Shown here: positions 17,286 through 24,607 of the stretch, one piece after another
Layout of the letters: each line of letters starts with the position of its first letter
Numbering within the stretch: the first letter of the stretch is position 1
Assembly: GCA_964612625.1 (NCBI GenBank)
Contig: CAZTCK010000001.1
Span: 34,284-63,203 of the forward strand
Direction: 5' to 3'
DNA length: 28,920 nucleotides
DNA from: an uncultured archaeon
GTDB taxonomy: Archaea > Aenigmatarchaeota > Aenigmatarchaeia > QMZP01 > QMZT01
Position numbers and translations under genes: made by a program
The notes under the pieces: generated by a model
What the model was told of the DNA's origin: nothing
The model's database searches: none
What the model saw: only the letters and a program-made list of their open reading frames with translations

Positions 17286-17765
17286 TCACTCCTTTGTTAT
17301 ACTCAACGTTTCAGCCGAAAACGTCGGGCATGCCTTGTTCAGGACCTTTACCTGGTCTGCTGTGCTGCCAAGCGCCGAATGATAATCGCCGTCCATGTTT
17401 ATTATTATTATGGCCGACCTCTGCTCTTTGAGAGGATTGCTTTCGGTTATGTTCGGGCTTATTGTAAGTCGGGTATCGCTTGAATTGTATACCCAGACGT
17501 CTGTCCCGTTGAGTACCTGCACGGTGAACCCGTAGAGTTCCACGCTTCCGAGATTCGTTATGATGATGGTCATGTTATTGGTCGATGAATCGAAACTCAC
17601 CGAATCAATCCTGTAGTTCGTGTTCGTGACGCATGCACTGCTTGCCTGCTGTGTTCTTGAACTTACCCAGTGGGTTATCCATGACGATATCATCACCCCA
17701 ACCGCAACGGTTATCGCTATAAGGAGAACAGCAGCTATCACTGGGGATATCCCTTTCATGCCCAT
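17286..17765 (-). CDS. Archaeal type IV pilin (class III signal peptide)
   Basis: MGMKG|ISPVIAAVLLIAITVAVG; two Cys; sequons NMT, NGT, NSS and NIT. Start ATG 17765 or 17759 rather than the track's 17783. Confidence 0.9.
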   Translation of the reverse strand: MGMKGISPVIAAVLLIAITVAVGVMISSWITHWVSSRTQQASSACVTNTNYRIDSVSFDSSTNNMTIIITNLGSVELYGFTVQVLNGTDVWVYNSSDTRLTISPNITESNPLKEQRSAIIIINMDGDYHSALGSTADQVKVLNKACPTFSAETLSITKE

Positions 17766-17812
17766 AATATATATAAGTGGCAAGTGGCTAATATATATTT
17801 TTAAATAAGTGC
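17765..17812. repeat. Short direct-repeat cluster in the divergent pilin/ppdK promoter
   Basis: TAATATATAT (17765-17774 and 17789-17798) flanks tandem AAGTGGC x2 (17775-17788); degenerate AAGTGC at 17807-17812. Confidence 0.6.
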
Positions 17813-17835
17813 GATAAAAAATTAATCCGATCGTT

Positions 17836-20445
17836 ATGAAAGAAAAAAAGGTTTACTTTTTCGGGGAGAGAGGAAAAGAAAGCAAAAATCTGCTTGGCGG
17901 CAAGGGAGCGAATCTGGGTGAGATGACAAAAATAGGCCTGCCCGTTCCGCCCGGTTTCACGATTTCGACAAAGGTATGCCTGGACTTCATAAAAACCGGA
18001 AAATGTCCGAAGGGACTGAAGAAGGAGATTCATGCGAATTTAAGAAAACTCGAAAGGAAGATGGGAAGAAAATTTGGTGACGAAAAAAAACCGTTGCTTG
18101 TTTCTGTGAGGTCGGGTGCCCCGATATCAATGCCCGGGATGATGGACACTGTTCTGAACCTCGGTCTCAATGAAAGGACGTTACGCGGCCTTGAAAATAT
18201 GAGCGGGGACGCGAGGTTTGCGTGGGATTCTTACCGAAGGTTCATACAGATGTTTGGTGATGTCGTACTCGGTGTGGAACACGCAAAATTCGAGAAGATT
18301 CTGGACAGGTACAAGAAGGGGAGGAAGGACACGGATTTGAAGGTCGATGAACTGAAGAGAATAGTGGAAGACTACAAAAAACTCGTAAAGAAAGAAACCG
18401 GGAGGGCATTTCCTGACGATCCTGAAAAACAGTTGCACATGGCAATCAGCGCGGTGTTCAAATCCTGGAATAACAAGCGTGCGAAAATCTACCGGAAACT
18501 TCACGGCATTCCCGATGATATGGGTACTGCTGTGAATGTTCAGGCCATGGTGTTCGGGAATCTGGGCTGGGATTCAGGAACGGGTGTTGGGTTTACGAGG
18601 AACCCCTCAACGGGCGAAAATAAACCATACGGGGAATATCTCCTCAACGCACAGGGCGAGGATGTCGTTGCGGGGATACGAACACCAAAACCCATATCCG
18701 AGCTCAGGAAGGATATGCCCAAGGTTTACAGGGATTTAATGAAGGTCTACAAACTTCTCGAAAAACATTACAGGGACATGCAGGATTTTGAGTTCACGAT
18801 AGAGAAAGGGAAGCTTTTTGTCCTTCAGACAAGGACAGGGAAGAGAACGGCACAGGCAGCGGTTAAGATCGCAGTGGATATGGTAAAAGAGGGTCTGATA
18901 ACGAAAGAGGAAGCAGTAATGAGAATAGAGCCGAACCAGATAAATCAGCTGTTGCACAAACAGCTCGACCCGAAGGCAAAGGAGAAGGCAAAGGTCATCG
19001 CGAAAGGTCTGCCTGCCTCTCCCGGGGCAGCAGTCGGTATGGCGGTCTTCACCGCGGACAGGGCGGAAGAACTCGCCAACAAAGGAAAGGATGTCATACT
19101 CGTGAGGAACGAAACCTCGCCCGAAGACATAGGCGGCATGTCAGTTTCGAAGGGCATACTTACGGCAAGAGGGGGGATGACATCGCACGCCGCAGTTGTA
19201 GCGAGGGGGATGGGAAAGTGTTGTGTTGCGGGATGCGAGGAAATAGCGGTGAATGAAGAGAAAAAGATGTTCAAGGTTGGTGATGTTCTGGTCAAAGAAG
19301 GGGACTGGATAACACTGGATGGAGGAACGGGCGAGGTGATATTGGGCAGGCTTTCTGTCATCGACCCGCAGTTGAAGGGCGAATTCAGAACACTCATGAA
19401 ATGGGCTGACGAGTTTCGCAGACTCAAGATCAGGACCAATGCTGACACCCCGAAAGACGCAGGGAGGGCGAGGGAATTCGGAGCTGAAGGGATAGGTTTG
19501 GCAAGGACAGAACACATGTTTTTCGAGGGAGACAGAATAAAGGCCGTACGTGAGATGATACTGGCTAGGGATGAAAGAGGGAGGAGAAAGGCGCTTAAAA
19601 AACTGCTCCCGATGCAGATGAACGATTTTGTGAAGATTTTCAGGGAGATGAGTGGCCTGCCGGTTACCATACGCCTGCTGGACCCGCCGCTTCATGAATT
19701 TTTGCCAAAGAAGGATAACGAAATAAAAGAACTCGCAAAGGAAATGGGTGTGACTTTTGAGGAGCTGAAGGAAAAGGTCGAATCGTTGAGCGAATTTAAT
19801 CCGATGCTCGGATTCAGGGGTTGCAGACTTGGAATAGTGTACCCGGAAATTCCGGAGATGCAGGTAGAGGCGATAATCGGGGCCGCCATTAAGGTCAACA
19901 AATCCGGAGGGAGGGCCTTGCCTGAAATAGAGATACCAGTCCTCGGAAGCGTCGAGGAAGCAAAAGTCATGAGGGAAACGATAGACAGTGTTGCAAAGAA
20001 TCTTATAAAGAAATCCGGCGTGAGAGTCAGATACAAAGTCGGTACCATGGTGGAACTTCCAAGAGCGTGTGTTGTTGCCGATAAGCTTGCGGAGTTCATG
20101 GACTTCTTTTCATTCGGAACAAACGACTTAACACAGACGGTTTACGGGTTCTCCCGTGATGATGCGGGAAAATTCATACCAAAGTATATAGAGATGGGAA
20201 TTCTAAAGGAAGACCCATTCCAGATACTCGACAGGGACGGGGTTGGGTCTCTCATGAAAATGTGCGTCAAACTCGGAAAAAAGACAAAACCGAAAATTGA
20301 GATAGGAATTTGCGGGGAGCACGGAGGGGAGCCGAAATCAGTCGAATTCTGCCATATGATAGGACTTGACTACGTCTCCTGCTCACCATTCCGCGTTCCC
20401 ATAGCAAGACTCGCAGCAGCACAGGCGAGGATAAAATATAGATAG
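17836..20445 (+). CDS. ppdK: Pyruvate phosphate dikinase
   Basis: LLGGKGANLGEM, LLVSVRSGAPISMPGMMDT, NAQGEDVVAGIRTP, LQTRTGKR, phospho-His motif GGMTSHAAVVARG, FSFGTNDLTQ and GICGEHGG. Confidence 0.98.
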   Translation: MKEKKVYFFGERGKESKNLLGGKGANLGEMTKIGLPVPPGFTISTKVCLDFIKTGKCPKGLKKEIHANLRKLERKMGRKFGDEKKPLLVSVRSGAPISMPGMMDTVLNLGLNERTLRGLENMSGDARFAWDSYRRFIQMFGDVVLGVEHAKFEKILDRYKKGRKDTDLKVDELKRIVEDYKKLVKKETGRAFPDDPEKQLHMAISAVFKSWNNKRAKIYRKLHGIPDDMGTAVNVQAMVFGNLGWDSGTGVGFTRNPSTGENKPYGEYLLNAQGEDVVAGIRTPKPISELRKDMPKVYRDLMKVYKLLEKHYRDMQDFEFTIEKGKLFVLQTRTGKRTAQAAVKIAVDMVKEGLITKEEAVMRIEPNQINQLLHKQLDPKAKEKAKVIAKGLPASPGAAVGMAVFTADRAEELANKGKDVILVRNETSPEDIGGMSVSKGILTARGGMTSHAAVVARGMGKCCVAGCEEIAVNEEKKMFKVGDVLVKEGDWITLDGGTGEVILGRLSVIDPQLKGEFRTLMKWADEFRRLKIRTNADTPKDAGRAREFGAEGIGLARTEHMFFEGDRIKAVREMILARDERGRRKALKKLLPMQMNDFVKIFREMSGLPVTIRLLDPPLHEFLPKKDNEIKELAKEMGVTFEELKEKVESLSEFNPMLGFRGCRLGIVYPEIPEMQVEAIIGAAIKVNKSGGRALPEIEIPVLGSVEEAKVMRETIDSVAKNLIKKSGVRVRYKVGTMVELPRACVVADKLAEFMDFFSFGTNDLTQTVYGFSRDDAGKFIPKYIEMGILKEDPFQILDRDGVGSLMKMCVKLGKKTKPKIEIGICGEHGGEPKSVEFCHMIGLDYVSCSPFRVPIARLAAAQARIKYR

Positions 20446-20515
20446 GGATGTAGATATTCCAGCAGGCTAATCTTTAAAAATCCTGCCAGAAGATTATAAT
20501 TTGAAAGTGATAGGC

Positions 20516-21055
20516 ATGATGAAAGTGAAGGATGTCATGAAAAAACACGTGGTGACAGTAGACCCGGATATGAACATGTCCACCATAGCGAAGATACTTA
20601 CGAACAACAGAATAGGCTCTGTTGTAATTGTGGACAGGGGAGGAAAGCCATCGGGAATGGTAACAACAAACGATATAGTGACCCTGATAGCACGAGGAAG
20701 GGACCCGAAGAAGGTGAAGGCATGGGATTTCTGGAAAGAAAGAAAACGTCCGTTCATGACGGTATCCCCGGACGAGGGAATAACAAAGGTAGCAAAGAAG
20801 ATGATAAAAACAGGCGTTAAGAGGTTTCCTGTTGTTGATGAAGGAAAACTCGTGGGCATCATTTCCACGAAAGAGATACTTCTCGTCTCACCCGAGCTGA
20901 TAGAGATACTTTCCGAAAAACTCAAGGCAAAGGTTGACGCCGTCGCAAGACCTGACCAGACTATTTCAGGCCTTTGCGAGAGGTGCGGAGAGTACTCGGA
21001 CGAACTGAAAAATGTTGAGGGCAGGTGGCTCTGCCAAGACTGCAGGGAGATGTAG
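20516..21055 (+). CDS. CBS-pair protein with C-terminal zinc ribbon
   Basis: Two CBS motifs (RIGSVVIVD..GMVTTND; GVKRFPVVD..GIISTKE) and C-terminal GLCERCG..WLCQDC. ATG 20516 or 20519. Confidence 0.88.
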   Translation: MMKVKDVMKKHVVTVDPDMNMSTIAKILTNNRIGSVVIVDRGGKPSGMVTTNDIVTLIARGRDPKKVKAWDFWKERKRPFMTVSPDEGITKVAKKMIKTGVKRFPVVDEGKLVGIISTKEILLVSPELIEILSEKLKAKVDAVARPDQTISGLCERCGEYSDELKNVEGRWLCQDCREM

Positions 21056-21057
21056 TT

Positions 21058-21104
21058 TAAACAATTGTTTATCCGAACTTCCCGATAATATAAACAGATG
21101 TTTA
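21058..21104. promoter_or_regulatory. Two palindromic boxes TAAACA-NN-TGTTTA, putative operators
   Basis: TAAACAATTGTTTA (21058-21071) and TAAACAGATGTTTA (21091-21104), 33 bp apart, just upstream of the TATA-like TATATATTT (~21109-21117) of the LTD gene. Confidence 0.6.
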
Positions 21105-21141
21105 AACATATATATTTTAGTATACAAATTATCTCTTTCTA

Positions 21142-22647
21142 ATGAAATTTTATACATTCCTTGCCCTGTCCTTGCTGTTCCTTGCGGGGAGCGCGGATGC
21201 CCTCATTATAAATGAGGTAGTTCCGAATCCCGTTAACAGGAATAACGAATGGGTTGAACTATACAACCCGGAAAATGCGGACATGAATTTTTCACTCTGG
21301 TTAATAGGAGATGACGAAGAAGCCGATGAAATAACATGTCACACCATTGAGAATTGTTCGCTGGAAACAAACGAAACGTACATACTGATAATAGGGCGCG
21401 GAGCCAACATATCGGACATAACAAACGAGAGCGTGACTTATTTTTACGTCGATGATATGAGAATAGGCAATTCCTTGAGCAACACCGGGGACAACGTGAG
21501 CCTCTACAATTCAACAGGTCCTGTTGATAACGTTGTCTACCCTCCCTTTTCAGACAAAAAGGGCTATTCATGGGCGAGAGACGAAAAAGGAAACTGGTCT
21601 TATTGTATTTTGCCGACGCCCGGGAAGCCCAACATTTTCACAAACACCTCTGAAAACGAAACCGAAGAAAATCAAACAGAAATTGATAACGTGTGTGATC
21701 TCCACCTCTGGATAAAATGCAACAGTACATTCGGTCTGGAAAGCAACAAGTATTACCCGATGGTCGAAGACCTGAGAGGCGGGAGTTTCAGGCCGGAGGT
21801 CGAATACTGGATAGAGGACATGTTCGGCAACATCGTGAGACCGAAGCGGAGAACCAACAACACCAATGTCGCCAAATCATGGAAACCGCCTGAAATCAAA
21901 GGAACGGAAGCGTATGTGATACGTGCGGTGATAACGAATATTGTGTGCAACGACACCAATATCTCCAACAATCGCGCAGAAAAGGTTATTGTAGTCAAAG
22001 GGAACGAACCATATTCAGAATGTGTATGCGAAACAAAGATTGTAGAAAAACCGTGCTCCTGCAGTCCGTGTCCGAAATGCATTTCTAGGGAAGAGAAAAA
22101 CAAAAGGCATGAGGAATTCGAAATACTTTCGTATCCGGTTTCCGTGAGAATAGGCGAAGATATCACGGTGGAACTCAGGATAAGAAACCCGTTTTCCCAT
22201 GACAGGAATTACACGGTTTATTCATACGCGTACAGCAGAAATAAACCGATCTCTCTCGGTTTCGACGGGAACCGCTGGCTGAGTGGATGGGATGCGAACA
22301 AACAGGAAATTTCACTCTCCCCGAATTCCTCCATCATCCTTGAGCTGAAGAACAGAATAGCGAACGCCACAGAACCCGGGAAGTATAAACTCAGGGTGAG
22401 GATACTTTGCAATGGGAAAAAACACGACATAACGAAGGATATCATGGTGAACGAAGGCATAGTGGTCCCTGAAAACCCTGAAAACAAAACCGAAAACAAA
22501 ACATCCGAATATGAAACAACTGAAAAACACGATTTTGAAAGACACGACAGAACACCGACAGGCCGGGTGATTTCAAGCGGTGATAACTGGTTCTCAGCTT
22601 TCGTTGAAAACGTAATCAATTTCTTTAAAAACCTGCTCAGTTTATAA
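21142..22647 (+). CDS. Secreted lamin-tail-domain (LTD) surface glycoprotein
   Basis: Sec signal peptide (..LAGSADA), LTD motifs IINEVVPNP..NEWVELYN, LSNTGDNVSL, YSWAR, PTPGKPN. Ig-like beta-rich domains follow. About 20 N-x-S/T sequons by hand count. Cys-rich CVC..CSCSPCPKC linker and amphipathic C-terminus. Confidence 0.82.
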   Translation: MKFYTFLALSLLFLAGSADALIINEVVPNPVNRNNEWVELYNPENADMNFSLWLIGDDEEADEITCHTIENCSLETNETYILIIGRGANISDITNESVTYFYVDDMRIGNSLSNTGDNVSLYNSTGPVDNVVYPPFSDKKGYSWARDEKGNWSYCILPTPGKPNIFTNTSENETEENQTEIDNVCDLHLWIKCNSTFGLESNKYYPMVEDLRGGSFRPEVEYWIEDMFGNIVRPKRRTNNTNVAKSWKPPEIKGTEAYVIRAVITNIVCNDTNISNNRAEKVIVVKGNEPYSECVCETKIVEKPCSCSPCPKCISREEKNKRHEEFEILSYPVSVRIGEDITVELRIRNPFSHDRNYTVYSYAYSRNKPISLGFDGNRWLSGWDANKQEISLSPNSSIILELKNRIANATEPGKYKLRVRILCNGKKHDITKDIMVNEGIVVPENPENKTENKTSEYETTEKHDFERHDRTPTGRVISSGDNWFSAFVENVINFFKNLLSL

Positions 22648-22709
22648 TATTAGAGTGATGTTCCTTGCGGACGTCTTTCGCGAATTCACGGGCCTGTAGC
22701 TCAGCTGGA

Positions 22710-22754
22710 AACAGCGAATGACGCAGGCTTTGCCTGCGTCCATCGAATCGGCAG
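22710..22754 (+). other. tRNA intron 1 (45 nt), D-loop, position 20/20a
   Basis: Relaxed BHB: central helix GCUG/CGGC (22704-07 with 22749-52), bulges GA|A and AG|U, internal 9-bp hairpin GACGCAGGC-TTT-GCCTGCGTC. Confidence 0.8.
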
Positions 22755-22794
22755 TAGAGCACTTGCCTCCTAAGCAAGGGGTCGAGGGTTCGAA

Positions 22795-22858
22795 AGTCGA
22801 AACCACCAGCGGGTTTCGACGCATCCTGCAACCAAATTCAAGACCACAGGATTGAAAA
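22795..22858 (+). other. tRNA intron 2 (64 nt), T-loop, position 59/60
   Basis: BHB closed by the T-stem: central helix UUCG/UGAA (22789-92 with 22853-56), bulges AA|A and AA|U. Two internal hairpins (22796-22820 and 22823-22852). Confidence 0.85.
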
Positions 22859-22915
22859 TCCCTCCAGGCCCGTTCCTGCATAGATTTATAACTTTTCGCG
22901 GACAAAACTATAAAC

Positions 22916-23677
22916 ATGGCAAGGATTATTGCTGTATCCTCCGGTAAGGGTGGCGTCGGGAAGACGACACTCGTTGCGAACCTCGCTGCTGCCCTCGCCC
23001 GATACGGAAAATCGGTTGTAGCCCTCGACGCGAATCTCACGACATCCAACCTTGCCATACACCTCGGCATGCACCTCTACACTCGAACACTCCACGATGT
23101 TCTGGAGGGGAAGGCGAGGATAAGGGATGTCACATACGAACACAAATCCGGTTTTAAAATCGTTCCGGCTGACATATCATTCAGAAGGATAAGGGATGTG
23201 AAAACGCACGAATACCTCGATATTTTTTACAAACTCATCGAAGACCACGACTTCGTTCTGATAGATTCGCCCGCGGGTTTGGGGAGAGACTCGATCGCAA
23301 CGATAGAGGCGGCGGATGAACTCATAACCGTAACAAACCCTGAACTTCCCGCTGTAACCGATGCGCTCAAGCTGAGTCTCATCGCCAAAAAATACTCCAC
23401 ACATAATCTGGGTGTGGTTGTTAACAGGATAAAAAGGGAATCGCATGAGGTCCCTGTTGAACACATAGAGAAGATGTTAGGCCTGCCGATAATAGGACGA
23501 ATTCCTGAAGACAAAGAAGTCCGGAAGGCGATCGCTCTGAAGGAGCCGGTTGTCTCCCACAACCCGAAGTCTATCGCTGCGCAACATATGAAAGCGATTG
23601 CGGCGAAACTTATCGGGGAAGAATATGAACCGAAAATCCCGTGGGGTCTACGTCTGTTCGGCTGGCTGACGAGGTAA
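22916..23677 (+). CDS. minD: Archaeal MinD-family ATPase
   Basis: Deviant Walker A SGKGGVGKTT, LDANLT..NL, LIDSPAGLG, VTNPE..AVTDA, VVNR, IPED..V; amphipathic C-terminus LRLFGWL. Confidence 0.9.
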   Translation: MARIIAVSSGKGGVGKTTLVANLAAALARYGKSVVALDANLTTSNLAIHLGMHLYTRTLHDVLEGKARIRDVTYEHKSGFKIVPADISFRRIRDVKTHEYLDIFYKLIEDHDFVLIDSPAGLGRDSIATIEAADELITVTNPELPAVTDALKLSLIAKKYSTHNLGVVVNRIKRESHEVPVEHIEKMLGLPIIGRIPEDKEVRKAIALKEPVVSHNPKSIAAQHMKAIAAKLIGEEYEPKIPWGLRLFGWLTR

Positions 23678-24376
23678 TCGCCCGGACATTCTCGCCACGA
23701 GAACGCTTATTTCAAAAAGTATCATCATAGGCAAAGCAACGAGTACCTGCGTTACAGGGTCGGGAGGCGTTATGACCGCAGCAACCACGAATATGAGGAT
23801 TACCGCATAACCTCTTTTTTCCGACAGACTTTTTGCATCTATTATTCCGGCCTTAACCAGAGCGAGCGAAATCACGGGCAACTCGAATATCACGCCCATC
23901 GTTATACACGTGAGGAAAACGAAGTTCACGAAGTAGTTCACGCTCCAGAGGTTCGCTATTCCTGCAGAAGAGGCGAGTGAGCTGAAAAACCATATTATGA
24001 CCCTGAGCAGGATGAAATACGAGAAAAGGAAACCTGTCACGAAAAGCACGGACCCGGAAACTATAGACAGCTTCGCTATTTTCCTCTCCCTTTCATTCAG
24101 CCCCGGTTTCATGAAGGCGAACACGTGATAGAGAAGAAGAGGGATGGAAAGAAGGAGCGCGAAGAATATACCGATGTTTATCTTCACCAGGACGTATTCC
24201 AGCGGATGTGTAACGATCAGATGAACGTCAGGAGAAAATAGGTCAGAGTTCACCCTGTTCATTATGTGGTCACTCGCGAGAAAGCCGATTATGAAGAACC
24301 CGAGGAAAACAATGGTTATCACAAGTAAGCGAAACCTCAGCTCGCTTAAATGCTCTAAAACGCTTTTCTCTTCCAC
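23648..24376 (-). CDS. tatC: Twin-arginine translocase subunit TatC
   Basis: EHLSELRFRL, HPLE, PGLNERE, FELP, ITPPDPVTQ and LFEIS; six hydrophobic segments; GTG start after AGGTG. Confidence 0.95.
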   Translation of the reverse strand: MEEKSVLEHLSELRFRLLVITIVFLGFFIIGFLASDHIMNRVNSDLFSPDVHLIVTHPLEYVLVKINIGIFFALLLSIPLLLYHVFAFMKPGLNERERKIAKLSIVSGSVLFVTGFLFSYFILLRVIIWFFSSLASSAGIANLWSVNYFVNFVFLTCITMGVIFELPVISLALVKAGIIDAKSLSEKRGYAVILIFVVAAVITPPDPVTQVLVALPMMILFEISVLVARMSGRLPRQPAEQT

Positions 24377-24389
24377 AGAATTAACACCT

Positions 24390-24560
24390 TTAACCCGCGG
24401 GTTTTTTCCTTCGCTTCCTCTTCGGCTCCTCGATCTCCACGCTCTTCTTGTATTCCCTCACCGCTTTGCCTAACGCCTTCGCGAGTTCAGGAAGTTTTTT
24501 CGGACCGAGTATTATCAGGATTATGAAGAGGATTATCAGAACTTCAGGCAAACCTATCAT
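24390..24560 (-). CDS. tatA: Twin-arginine translocase subunit TatA
   Basis: MIGLPEVLIILFIILIILGPKKLPELAKALGKAVREYKK (TM helix, G-P hinge, amphipathic helix). ATG 24560 preferred over TTG 24572. Confidence 0.93.
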   Translation of the reverse strand: MIGLPEVLIILFIILIILGPKKLPELAKALGKAVREYKKSVEIEEPKRKRRKKPAG

Positions 24561-24607
24561 GCGAATCCCCAATATTTTACTTAATTCCCTAATTTATATA
24601 CTTATTT

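Larger units (their letters stand above)
22690..22872 (+). tRNA. tRNA-Arg (anticodon CCT) interrupted by two non-canonical introns; CCA not encoded
   Basis: Exons 22690-22709, 22755-22794 and 22859-22872 join to GGGCCTG TA GCTC AGCTGGATA GAGC A CTTGC CTCCTAA GCAAG GGGTC GAGGG TTCGAAT CCCTC CAGGCCC G. This 74-nt cloverleaf has all four stems perfectly paired. Confidence 0.93.

Noticed and set aside
18945-19695. 241-aa and 184-aa minus-strand ORFs
   Set aside because: Antisense shadows within ppdK.
20462-20486. GCAGG...CCTGC inverted repeat after ppdK
   Set aside because: Only 5 bp with a 15-nt loop and no following U-tract; too weak to call a terminator or ncRNA.
22720-22880. Shared GACGCA and CCTGC words between intron 1, intron 2 and the trailer
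   Set aside because: Matches of 5-6 nt are too short to support common origin or inter-intron pairing.
22642-23143. Short ORFs overlapping the tRNA (22637-22831, 22642-23070, 22886-23143)
   Set aside because: Explained by the tRNA and minD on the plus strand.
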